Shown here: positions 32,923 through 47,043 of the stretch, one piece after another
Position numbering within the stretch: the first letter of the stretch is position 1
How the letters are laid out: each line of letters opens with the position of its first letter
Source: Nemertoderma westbladi
Taxonomy: Eukaryota > Animalia > Xenacoelomorpha
Length of the DNA stretch: 49,068 bases
Assembly: GCA_032718475.1 (NCBI GenBank)
Contig: JAUCBJ010001614.1
Span: 1 to 49,068, forward strand
Direction: 5' to 3'
Made by a program: the position numbers and the translations under genes
Notes under the pieces: model-generated
Databases searched by the model: none
Seen by the model: the letters and a program-made list of their open reading frames with translations, nothing else
Told to the model about the DNA's origin: nothing

Positions 32923-35900
32923 TTGCGAGGTTCTTTTGCCTGAGATTCGCAATATTTAACAGCTGCCCGATGCTTGAAAGTTCATAAACCGGGTGTTTTC
33001 CTTGCTGTTTCACGTATGTAGGATTATAATTTTGCAGACATTACAATAAATGATTGGTTTAAATTAAGTACCAGTCTGTATGAGCTTCTCTATACCAACC
33101 TTAACAGTTTAGTTTATTGTGACCGAATAAATTAGAGTCCACAACCAATCAAATTCCTAAAAGACAACAGGAAAGTTTCAAAATAAATGACTAAATTACT
33201 AAATAATGAAACATTTAAACAACTGTTGATAGTATCCTACCTACTGATTCTGGCTCTAGTCTCTTTCTGGTGTACGACGAATCTCTAATGAAACATTGGT
33301 GAGGAAATTGTAATTATTTATGCATTTAGATTGCTGCTCAAATAATGAGTTTAATCAGACGAATAGTAAAGAAAATGTCGGATGGTTTATGCTATGCAAT
33401 GCATGAAGGCGTTGTCTTGTCAATAAAGAGCTTATTAGGCCTACAAGACGCTATATTATCGCTACATCACTTTCTGTAAATGTATCAGACTTATTTCAAG
33501 GATTAATACTTAGATCGCCTGTCTGACTTCATTATAAAAAACATTCCACTTACAGACTCCCAAGTACTTCTCCTTTTAATACATATTCTTGGACAAAATG
33601 AACATTGAAACATTAAATTCTGGGAATAAAAATGTGTTTTTTTTCTCCGAAGAATTAAATATAAGTCATGAATCTACAAAACAATTTACATGGAAAAAAT
33701 GTATTTTTATATATTATATTATTTATGTATGGCATTTGACAAGGTAACATACAAAATACAGGCACGAAGTTACTCATAAATTATCGATGTCGGAAAACAT
33801 ATGTGAGTTGATCGTCATTATCGTTAAGAAACCGAGACAAGGTACAGACGGCGTGATTAAAACATGCCACAAATGAGAAACTGCTACAATCCTATGTAGA
33901 TATTTATTACACCTACTACTGAGGTGGAAACAAGCAACATAGACCACATGGTAACATCATGATGGTCATACTCTTCATCCCGTTACGAAAACAAAATTCA
34001 GGTGGAGGAAGTGAAAAATAGTATGCAAATCATATTGGAAGAATGTATTGAGGCATACATCGACTAGCCTAACTAAATAAATAGATTGTTTCATGTATAA
34101 AATAAAAATATACGGTAGGCCTATATTAATTTTGGACTTTATCGAGCATAAAGTAAGTAGGTGGAAATAGCATGATAAAATGGAGGCTGGTACTGTAGCA
34201 TAAATTCTTTGGTCTGATATCGTATGAATAAAAACTCCCTGCCCAGGGGCCAAGCCATAGGGGGGGGGGGGGGCGACACATCTGGAAGTAATGGGATGGT
34301 GACACATCTATCACTGCTACGGTTAGTAGGCCTATTACAACTGGAATAAAAACTATTTTTCACCAAGAAAATGTATATTATGGTAGATTGTGAGTTGAAC
34401 TCACCGAATATTGGAGGAATGGAAATCAATTGAATAATCAATCATCCGACCAAATCATAAATTAATGCTCACACTACGATTATGCTACGCATGACTTCGT
34501 GGCTCGCCCCACATGGACGGGTGTTGGATAATAATGTTCCATTCAACTGAACCATTCATAAATTAATTGTGCACATCATACAGTACTGTATTTTTATTGT
34601 TTTGTATGTATTCATATCATATGTTTTAAAACATTGACCTGTAAGTTATACAGTATGAAATAATGTATTTTTGTGTTTCGCTAACACATTGATAGGCCTA
34701 AAAATAATTCCTTAAATATTTATTTTATATTACTTTCAAATAACGGCAAGATAAATATTAAGCTCATTAATTAAAATTAAAATAGGCCTAAATAAATGAA
34801 TATTTTTGTTAATCAGAGATAATCAATTAATTTATAAATAATTGGGGTCACCTACAGTGAAGGAAAATAAATACGAAATTCGTAATTTAAAAAATTATTA
34901 GATTCCACATGGCCTATAGGCCATGGATTCCATTCCGTTATTATTATATGTTTTTTTGAAAAAACAAAACGAACCTCATCAGGAACTACAGTACCACAAA
35001 ATATTATTAAGTCCATATTTCCCCAATATGATATTAGGTAATTTATTAATTATCCTATAAATGAGATGGCAAATCATGACAAAATAACAAAGTAATGCGA
35101 TATATGGTATATTAATCTTAATTAATTAACTGTATTATCAATCAGATTATGATTAATTTATCGTTTAAATTAAAAAATAACGATTAAATTCCTATTCAAT
35201 CTCTATTTGCTTACGATTTATCTATATTTGTTAATTGTTAATATGTAATACATACTGTAGATATGAAACAAACACCATCCGATGGTTGTGCAAATCGTCG
35301 TTAATGTTATAATCATTACAGTTTGTCAATGTAGTACAGTATGTATAATATATATAAATTCCTGGAAAAGATCTGTGTGGGACCACCGGTTAGTGCTGAA
35401 GTGATGATGACGACAACCTTTGGTACCTGACCGTTGTAACCATTTTGGAGGTTACGTACTATTTTATGTTAACGATAATACCACAGATAACAATATACTG
35501 TAACTTAATCCAATTGAGTTCATTGAATATAATAGTAGCTAATATTAAAACAGGCACCTAGGTATTGTCACTTTAAATTCAATAAAAATTTATTTTAGAA
35601 TAGGTCAACCGGTGGTGGCCAACATTTTAATCGAACATACTGCTCCTTTCTCTCAATTAGTAATGTTAGCGTTTATTGTTTTGGTTAGAAAAACCCGCCT
35701 GTTACCTGCTACTTTTCTTAATTTGGTAATGTGACCATTTATATGTAGTTTTGTAAATTTGACAGTCCCGAAATTTTGAATGATTTGGCACATGCATGGT
35801 GAAATCAACTGTCTGACAGTCCAGAAATCACCAGTCTGACAATTTGAAGAAAAGCATACATAAAAAGTCATTCCGCGGACAACAAAATTCATTATGCAAA

Positions 35901-36319
35901 ATTTGTAAAGAATTTCGGACAAAAAGAGACAAAAAGACAAAAGAACTGACATAAAAAATCACTGCCTATGTTTTTGAACTGAAGATAAACGGCATTGAAA
36001 CAAAGGCCGTTTAAACCAAAATCGGATCAATCAACGTGCATCCTAGTGGACAAATGCAGAATTACATAATACCGCATTTTAAGAAAAGCATTCGAACGCA
36101 AGAGGGTGTGTGGGTGAGGCAAGAATTCATTTGAAACCTTAAAAACATTACAGACGAATGTGAGATCAATTCCGACCAATCAAATTAAGATGACATTTTT
36201 TAATCGTTCGTAATTTCCCAGGTCAGAATTGTCCGGGTCGGAATTGCCCGTTTCGGAATTGTCCGGTCGAAATTTTCCGGTTTCAAGTAGCCGGATGAGC
36301 ATAAGTTCAACTAGGATGG

Positions 36320-36931
36320 TATGCTTGAGCATGTTGACGACTTCTGTTACCTGGGATCATGGATCCGGAAGTCAGGTGAGGACCTTCGAATATGTAAGGG
36401 AAAGGCATGGGCGGCCTTGAATAGGCTTTCCAGGATTTGGAAGTTACAGAGAATTAATCGGAAACTTAAGGTCCGATTATTTATAGCAGCAGTAGTTCCA
36501 GTACTCCTCTATGGGAGTCCATGCTGGGCTTAACTGCTGAGGACACCAAATCTCTGGATGGCACATTCACAAGAATGCTACGAAGGGTTCATTGTGTCAA
36601 GTACAATGCACACATCACCAACCAGACACTATATAACATGGGAGATGTCTCATTGGTTCCCCCAAGCTTGACACTAGAACAAAATCGCCTCCGCTTTGTA
36701 GGACATTGCTTTCGCCGTGAGGACCAGCCAGTGCATAATCTTGTACTTTGGCAGCCTCATGGAGTGAATAAGCATGGTGAACAGACAGTCCATGACGACA
36801 CTGGCCTTGAAGATGCGGATGATCTAGCAAATGTCATGGGTGATAGGGGGTTGTGGCGGCGCAATTTTGTCGACAAGCCGGCACAGCATTCTTAAAAATG
36901 CAGCTGCAATGCAGCATGCCGATCCTAGTAG
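36320..36931 (+). mobile_element. 5'-truncated RTE-like LINE fragment (RT thumb and C-terminus, plus 3' UTR)
   Basis: LEHVDDFCYLGSWI...KAWAALNRLSRIWK...VLLYGSPCW, frameshift, LDGTFTRMLRRV...RLRFVGHCFR. Confidence 0.85.
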
Positions 36932-37866
36932 ACAGCAAATGATTTCATTAGAAAATATGATTGTTTTCTTCGAAAAGTACTCTATGAAGTTGTCTTCTGC
37001 CTAAAGCTACTCACAAAACGCGGTTGTCATATTATGCACTCATTTAACTGTATTTTTGAAGTTTTAGAGGTAAGGGCGAATAACACCAGATTTCAGAAAG
37101 TTAACCAATTTTGATGCTTCTGGTTTTTTGTATTAAATTTGTAAACTGCATCATAACATGATCTGAAAATTGATATGAGAAGCAATATTTCACTTTTTCA
37201 AATTTGGCACTGCGGTTGACATTTGCATGGAATGACGGATATAGTTGGTATAGACACCATCAAAATGACAGTATGAGTAGAGTAATTAGTTCCCGAGATA
37301 TACTGTAGTAGAAAATGTGAAGGGTTGATCGACTCAATATTTGAGTGCTAACAGTACTGTCGATTTGATCGTGTCTACACCAACTAAATCGCCAATTGTG
37401 GATCGAGTGAGCAAATATTTAATTTTGTGTGATAATTAGAAGCATCTTTTTTGAATGATGCGCTAATGGTACGTTAAGCTACCATTTACTTTTTGTGTAG
37501 GGCCCTAATATCTCGAAAACTAATAATTCTTGTGTTGTTTGAGCATGGTGCCTACCCCCTTTAACCCCATCTGGCCCGGACTATTTTAGAACGTAATTCG
37601 CCTGGGGGGATCATTTTAGAAATTTTTTAGATCACGGCTCAAAAATTACAATTTTGATGGTATAAGGGTTTTCGAGGGCGCTGATAACGATAAAACTTGT
37701 TAAACATTTTTTGGAAAGGCAACCATCATTACTAGTGTTATTTTGGTCCCCCAGAGCGTAAAATACAAGTAAAAAAGTCAAACTACAACGTTTTGTGTTT
37801 GGTTTAATAATTCTGAACGTATACGGGTTTTCGAGGTCGCCATTAAACTAGGCCTACTGTATAATA

Positions 37867-38067
37867 CAGTGACAGAAATATGATATCAGAAAATCAGAAA
37901 ATTCAGAATATCAGTGTAATAATACATCAACGTGAGGGTACAGGGTATGCATGCTGCGTTGTTGGCGGCTGTAGGCCGCTTCGTCACAGTGACGAAGCTA
38001 GCAGTGAATTAGAGTATTATCAGTAGTAATCAGGAAAATATTTTCTGATATCATATTTCCGTCACTG
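37867..38067. mobile_element. Tc1/mariner-type MITE candidate
   Basis: TA|CAGTGACAGAAATATGATATCAGAAAAT ... ATTTTCTGATATCATATTTCCGTCACTG|TA with one mismatch; internal palindrome GCTTCGTCAC-A-GTGACGAAGC. Confidence 0.55.
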
Positions 38068-38793
38068 TATTAGATATAGTTTAATTCAGTAATTCTATTA
38101 CCGGTATGTGATACTCTGTAATTTGGTTTAGAATTTTATACACATATTTGAAGAGTCCGAAGTAGGCCGGAACGTTACTCATCATATAGATCGAGTGTTT
38201 TCTCGTCAGCGATAGACCCTCTTGTCCCTTACTACCCTTACCGTTTATAACATGACAATCCCGCTGACTTAAGCCTGTCGCTACATTTTGAAAATCTGTA
38301 GACAGTTTGGATCCTGAAAATCTTGAAATAATTTTGTGAAATGTTGAATGAAGGATTGGTTTTTGTTACGATTACAGTATTATCACCTTCTATTTTCACT
38401 TATTCCATTTGCCAATCTCGATTATGTCAACATTAGGCCTGCTGATCTGTCTCTGAATCGCCCCTCTATTTGAACTCATATAATTATTATTTATGTTAAT
38501 AACTTCTACTAATTAACAAGATATAATTATAGTTATAATTAAGTTAGTAGATATAATAGACGAGGCCGTGACCTATAATACGACATCTGAAAAGTTAATA
38601 TGTGACAATTTTTCAGATTTTTCGAGTTTTTGAAAAAAGTGAGTGTTTCGGTACCACCCATATGCCAACCCAATCAAAACTTTTTCTTATGAAAATCTTC
38701 ACAATCACCATATAACATTGTAAAAAAATAGGGGAATATGTAAAATTACGAATGTTAATTGGTCGGCTTAAATCTTTTTATAATCAGCAATAC

Positions 38794-38836
38794 ATGTATG
38801 TATGTATGTATGTATGTATGTATGTATGTATGTATG
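38794..38836. repeat. (ATGT)n microsatellite
   Basis: Directly visible. Confidence 0.85.
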
Positions 38837-39332
38837 TGTAATATATATTATAATAAATAATATCAATAATAATAATATTAATAATAGTATCTATTTATTA
38901 TAATAATAAATAGATACGTCTGGCGGAAGTTTACAAACTTACAGTAGATAATGAAAATAAAATAACTATGTACCTACATTAATAATAACTTTAACATGAT
39001 GATGTGAGTTTGTTTGGAAACAAACTATTTACATCAGTGTATATCATAAAACTGAACGTAGACTAAATAAAATAAGTAAACTAATTCGTAAACAGGGTTA
39101 AATAATATAGATAAGCGATTCAAAATGTATTTGAACCCAATATAGAATACAGGTGCGAATTATGTCAAAATTACAGGGGAAATGGACTCGAATCTCATCA
39201 CGGCAAATTAATATATCGTCTCAGTGTTAAATTATCAATTAAGGGAAAGGTTACACTTACAATTGCACGTTAGTACAACCAAAACAATATTAAGTGATCA
39301 TATTTTAATTGTGTCTATTTTCCACTGGAGAT

Positions 39333-39540
39333 CTTTGCCCGCGTCCAATCTTCGCCCGTGTCCAGTCCGCGCCCGCGCCCAATCTCCGCCCGCGTACAAC
39401 CTTCGCCCGCGTCCAATCTTCGCCCGCGTACAACCTTCGCCCGCGTACAATCTTCGCCTGCCGCTCTCAAAATGAGCAACTATCGCCCGGTGGATACCTT
39501 CGCCCGCAGGCAATCTTCGCCCACGTGCAACCTTCGCCCA
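39333..39540. repeat. 17-bp GC-rich tandem repeat (CTTCGCCCGCGTMCAAY)
   Basis: About 9 imperfect copies; probably part of a non-autonomous element. Confidence 0.75.
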
Positions 39541-39822
39541 ATAAACAATTATAGTTTTTGTTAGTCCCCCATCCATCTATCTGCTTACTAGATTTCCTTT
39601 CACCGAAGAGTTTTAGATTTCCTAAAATCCACACGTGTTGATATTATTTAGGACACTTCTGGTTGAAGTGTTTGTAATGTCATCCTCGATTTCTCCGCAG
39701 TTAGTTACATAGACATTGAGCTCGAGGTACTCCTGTGTATCTATCAATCTTTGTCGATTGCAATCACAAATACTGTATCTATCAACCTTTGTCGATTGCA
39801 ATCACAAAAAAGTGTTTGTATG

Positions 39823-40000
39823 AGTAGTAGGGTCTTGTGCGGCTCGGCGACAGTTAGACCTCACTGACTGGCGCCAGACTGTCTGGGTGACACCCAATGA
39901 CACCTATGGGTGTCATTGGGTGTCATTGGGTGTCACCCAGACAGTCTGGCGCCAGTCAGTGAGGTCTAACTGTCGCCGAGCCGCCCAAGACCCTACTACT
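39823..40000. mobile_element. 178-bp foldback element with target-site duplication
   Basis: Arms of about 80 bp, AGTAGTAGGGTCTTG...CAAGACCCTACTACT, one mismatch; TGTATG on both flanks (39817-39822, 40001-40006). Confidence 0.88.
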
Positions 40001-40268
40001 TGTATGAATTCGAGAATATGCTGTGACATCTGATCGTACATGGATAGCGATGGGTAATAAATTTAGATTTTCCCTTGTCGGCTTTCCTTTTGATATGTAA
40101 TTTCAGAGTAAGGATTCGTTCACAACTATTTAGCATTTGTAATATTGTTGCTAGTCATGTATATAAGGGGCGTAAGGTTGACTCGGCGATGCTGCTGACA
40201 TCAGTGACATAATGAAATGGCTGGGTCTTCTTGGCTCTAAAGAAAATAAACGTTTACAAAGCTCCCAC

Positions 40269-40697
40269 GGTGTGGGAGACGGTGTGGGAAGTATGGGGGG
40301 ATCTGTGGAGGGTGTGGGAGACGGAGTGGGAAGTACAGGAGGATCTGTGGAGGGTGTGGGAGACGGAGTGGGGAGTACAGGGGGATCTGTGGAGGGTGTG
40401 GGAGACGGAGTGGAAAGTACAGGAGGATCTGTGGAGGGTGTGGGAGACGGAGTGGGAAGTACAGGAGGATCTGTGGAGGGTGTGGGAGACGGAGTGGGGA
40501 GTACAGGAGGATCTGTGGAGGGTGTGGGAGACGGAGTGGGAAGTACAGGAGGATCTGTGGAGGGTGTGGGAGACGGAGTGGGAGGTATGGGGGGATCTAT
40601 GGAGGGTGGGGAAGACGGAGTGGGAAGTACAGGAGGATCTGTGGAGGGTGTGGGAGACGGAGTGGGAGGTATGGGGGGATCTATGGAGGGTGGAGAT
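40269..40697. repeat. 42-bp G-rich minisatellite, about 10 copies
   Basis: Unit GGAGGGTGTGGGAGACGGAGTGGGAAGTACAGGAGGATCTGT. Confidence 0.92.
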
Positions 40698-43600
40698 GAA
40701 ACTGATGAAGAATTTACAGGTTTTGACTAACTGCTCTGCTATAGTGATATATAACAGTTATAAACTTCATAGTAAACAGAAAGTCATAGTAATAAACAGT
40801 AATATAATAATAAGTAATAAACAGGAATAAGGACCATAAAGATTTTTTTTGCTTTGTTGCATGGTGGGACAAATTGTTACAGGCATCGGAAATCACCATT
40901 CAAGGGCTCTGATTGGCTGATATCGGGCTTTACATTGTGGGACAAGTGTTACAGGAATGGACATCAGTTTTTCTCAATTATTTGTTCGGGGCTACTGGGA
41001 AATTACCACCATTGAATTCAGCGTATTGAGAGCTTTCTGGTGATATATAATATTACATACTTTGGGAAACTTTTTTTTTCACAAAGAAATAAATTTTTTT
41101 GGCCACTTTTTGTGAGTGTGAGCCATATATGATTACATTTATGAGGCAGGCATCGATAACTTTTTTTAAGGATAATGGGGTTATCCATTTTCCATTAGAA
41201 AAGCATAGATTTTCATAATAAATTTCAATACTGACAATAATTTTCATTTCTAATTGTACCCCATCCCCCCCCCCCCCCGTTCCGGAATATAGTACCGTAA
41301 TTCGGTGACTCGACCCCCTTCCCCACTCCCTGAAATGTTCTAGAACATGGTGAATTTATTTACTAGAATAAATTGACTGCAGTGGAATCAAATAAATACA
41401 TGCAACTTTATAACGCCCATAATATTGCGGCCATTCCCAACCAAATTCAAATATTTTTGGAATCCTTGCACAACCAGCTTTCCATTGTTACCAACAAATT
41501 AATTAATATAAGGTTAAGGAATAACTGCGGTGTCACTGGTGCAAAATCTTCGGAGACAACTTTTTCAAAGTTTTTACCTATACATTGAAAGCGAAAATAA
41601 AAATCCTGAATTGTTAAAGTCGGCTTGATGTAAATTTCTAATCTGAAATGCCGCCGTATATATTAAAATGACAGTTTAGTTTCGAGACAAACATATTAGC
41701 TCATTGAATTTGTGATACTTGACACAAAATTAAAGGCACAAATACTAACAATACCCAGCACAGTATGTCACAAAATAATGTACATCCCAATAAACCATTT
41801 GTATGATATAATAATGGACTAGAAGACAATTAAAAACAACATAACAACAACTGTAGTACCAAACAACTAATTATAATAGGATTAGTGTCAGACAAATGAA
41901 ACCAACACAATTGAATTAGTTATGTTTATTATATCCCAATATATACCCAAATGACAAATTATAGATAAAATTATCAAACTCTTAAATGCATTTGAAGGGA
42001 CTCGTTTATTTTTACCTAGCATGTATGGCTGTATGTTTGTTTGTTTGTTTGCATATAAATTAAATTGAAGTGTGCCATTTCCTATTGTTTATCAAAATAT
42101 TATAAAAAAAAGTGTAATTCAAATATCATTGGCAAATGATATGATGATAGTGGTTTCGGGAAGTTACACGTTTTCTACGACTGATTGTGCTGAAATGAAT
42201 TATATTCCCAAGAATATTATTGCGCTGCACAACTTTTTATCATTCAATATAAAAAGAATAATAAATTTATCAAGTTAAGTTTAAATTAGAGTTGCTAATT
42301 CCTCATTGGTTATATACATTCTCGAATGAAAATACATTTGTGCTCCAGTATCCATAGCAACAAACAGTTTCATCGGTTTAACATTATTAAACCGAATTTA
42401 TAATATTTACAAAAATATAAAGAGGTTGTTATATTTGAATACGTTGTTATGGTTACGCTAAATTAAGATATTACAATTATACCATATACCACAATTTGAC
42501 AAGATGACGGTTCGGTAGATAACAGCGCTACTCGTGAATCGGAATGGAGAATTCCAATGAAATTTCCCTTTTGTACACTATCACTAGAGATATAACATAT
42601 GTAACCTATAACAACTGTGACAATGTTCTATAAAATGGAATAATAATGATTAAATGGCAGCCATAGAATATTCATAAATATTAATTTAATAATATTAATT
42701 ATTAAATAAATACGCCTAACATTCTTCCACCAGTGCGATGTTCTGGGATTGTTGAATCTTTACCAAATCGTTCTACTCTCGTCCTACAAGAGAACTTCGG
42801 TCCGTCATCTACGATGTGCACCTAGGAAAGCCATCATCCAGCACATTTATGCGAACTCCTCACTGACTATCGCAGATCATAGGACATACGCAACGCATTT
42901 AAAATATCCAATGTCGACCATTTTCGGAATCTGCATTATATTCAAACAACCACCAATTGAGGTGGTCCAGTTTTGCTAAATAGAGACTTATATTTACGGT
43001 TTGCTCTAACGAATTAAGTTGAAAATTGAAATATCCGACATGGCCAACAGTAAGAAAACAAATTAGGTAGCATTTTGTTGAAAATGACAAAAATAAGGGG
43101 GTGGAGGGGTGCTCTGTGTGAAGCTTTATGGCATTCACAAGAATAAATTGGGGCGAGATGTTTGTTTAATGCGAATGTGCACATCGAAAATAAATGGGAA
43201 TGTTTCCAATAGCAACAATATCTACTCCAGAATTCTAAAATACAATTTCTAGTCCATTTGATTAAAATTTCTTTCTTAGAATTCAGAAATAAATTCAGGA
43301 GGAAATCACTTATGTGTCTTTCCCTTTGGTTCCCATTTTAGCTTTTATTAATTTAATTTAGTTAATTTCATTATATTATTTATTACGTTAAAGTGCTGGA
43401 ATCAAGAAATAATGTGTGCGACTGTGTGGATATAATATTATATACCCTTGGTCGCGCACACAATTTTTAAAAACATAATTTATTAAAACTCTAATCAATT
43501 AATAGTGTCTCCATATACAGCCTGGTCTGTAACCGAATATTGATTGAGATGATTTTTTGATTAATGTCATTGTTCCGGTTGTTAGTTAGGCCTATTACAA

Positions 43601-44864
43601 GAAGTGTTTCCTAAATCACCAATTTAGCACAAAGCTGAGCTGCAGTTTAAATAATAATAAATTATTATTATTAGATGAAAAGTAATGGAAAAAAATTATT
43701 TACTTTAAATTCCATCGAAGACGTAATATTTGTTAGTCTATACCTCGGGTTTATTCGTAAATCTGTAGTTTCATTTATTTCGACGACATTTCAATTTACT
43801 ACAGAAAATATATTATATTCTGAGATAATCGAACACAATTTACCATCAACTAAAATAAATAGTACTATAGCGCACAGTAAAGCACCAAGCAAGAAACGGA
43901 CGACACTTTCCGAAAAATGTAACGTAACAATGAGAAGAACACAATGGAATACTATAATATTGAAAGATAGTTTTCCATGTAAGTAAGAAATACATAAAAA
44001 TATTCCAACGTTTACTAGGGTCCACAACTCCACACGCAGGTTAAACACAAAACCTATCGCCAACATTATAATAAATAATTAACGCCAACTCCAAACGGAA
44101 AACAGAAGTTCCAATAATTAATCAGACATTACTGTACTTGAATACCAGAAACACATAAAATAATCAAATATTCGGATGAAAACATATGAGAATAAAGTCG
44201 AGGTCCAAACATTATGTTGTACCAGCGAATATTAAACGCGACAAAATGTATATTTCAACATTCATTTAGTCGTCGGAGCACAAAAAAATAAAAAAATACA
44301 CATTTTCTTGAGAAAATTCGAAAGAAGACATAATGTTTCTGAAAATTACTTGTTTTTTTTACTCTACATTGAGTTGAGTCGCCTATTTTATATTTATTGA
44401 CTGACTATTTATTACAATGTACCAAATATTACTTCTTCGCATACACATTAATTAATTCCTTAGTTTAATTAACATTAAGATCAGCGTAAAAATAACAAGC
44501 AATTTCAAATAAAATTACATATCACAATGAAAAAAGTTGCCATTTTAACTCCCACTATTTGATAAAGGAGTTAAGAAGTCTTATTTCTCAGAAAGTGAAC
44601 AGCTGTGAATACCAATGACGCCAGTCATTGTGGGACCAATAAACCTACCAGAAAAATAGACTGTAAACCAAAAAATAGTTAAATAGATAGCTAAGTGACC
44701 TAGATAAGGTTTCATTAAGAGTAAAAATCTCTTAAACAGCGGTTCAAACCCAAATACCTGACGTAAATTCGATTCTCAGAATGATATTGTGAGTTGCGAT
44801 TAACGGATGTAGGTGACGTAAGATGGAACAGTGCAGCAACCCTGTAATGTGTTCTTATCGTGGG

Positions 44865-44948
44865 TTATAACTCGTCGCGTTTAAATGTATAACGTTGCTC
44901 GTTAGGAGCGAGTTTTTGGAATACAGTTTCTGGTGGTGACGTAATCTG
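44865..44948 (-). CDS. ERP44: ERp44 last coding exon (QITSPPETVFQKLAPNEQRYTFKRDEL*)
   Basis: TTTTTCCACAG acceptor; peptide matches my recollection of the ERp44 C-tail (SPPESSFQKLAPSEYRYTLLRDRDEL); RDEL retention signal then TAA. Absent from the ORF track. Confidence 0.92.
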   Translation of the reverse strand, partial: QITSPPETVFQKLAPNEQRYTFKRDEL

Positions 44949-45491
44949 CTGTGGAAAAATACAAACACAAAATAAATTAATTTAATTTAATTGGCAAAAG
45001 AACCAGGGGAAATTGGGTCGCCATTAGATAGCAGGTTACAGCAGAATGTCTGAGCAGTCAGCAGTTGACGGGATTACATTTATTGTTGGGTCGCTACTAG
45101 ATAGCAGGGTTAAAGCAGAATGTACCTGTTGACGGGATTACGAAAAGTCTGATTCCGTTGAAACACTAACTAGTAAACCTGCCAGGTAGGGTCCTCCACA
45201 ATTGTTGCATCGTCGCCCGCAATCGTTGCGTCCACAGTTGCATATTATGATACACATAGAAGCTAATCGGTTTATACAATCAATGTGGCACCGTATTGCT
45301 AAAACCCCACTCTACCCCGCAATACCACCTCTTAGAGATTAGCACTGAGGTGGTTAAATTTTCCGCAATGTTAGTAAGTAAATATGATTATCGATATCAG
45401 TAATTATTCCGATTCAACAAAATATTACACTGCCCCTTTAAGGGATAGGGGCCAAGGGAGGGGAGACTGTGGGTGCGGTACAGACACTCAC

Positions 45492-45636
45492 CGGGGCTTT
45501 ACTGTCAGCCGCTTTCGGTTGATCGCCTCCACTAGGTGGTACACTATCTGTCTCCGGCTCGGGTTGCCCATGGAAGCGTCTGTGTAAAGAACCGTTGTGT
45601 AAGTCTTCAATGAAGCGGCGCAGTTTACCCGGTACA
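45492..45636 (-). CDS. ERP44: ERp44 penultimate coding exon (VPGKLRRFIEDLHNGSLHRRFHGQPEP...)
   Basis: TTTATTTGCAG acceptor and GTGAGT donor; 145 nt ending in phase 0, in frame with the last exon; resembles ERp44 IPGKLKQFVFDLHSGKLHREFHHGPDP. Confidence 0.92.
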
Positions 45637-45700
45637 CTGCAAATAAAATAAACAATTCTTAGACAAATAGTGTAAGCGTAAAGGATAGTAGGTAAAGAGT

Positions 45701-47043
<1,343 letters not shown>

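Noticed and set aside
37561-37850. piggyBac-like end (TTAACCC) with GGGTTTTCGAGG repeats
   Set aside because: No matching opposite end or TSD found.
40212-40830. Gly/Val-rich or Trp-rich repeat protein
   Set aside because: Reading frames of a 42-bp minisatellite; no splice or homology support.
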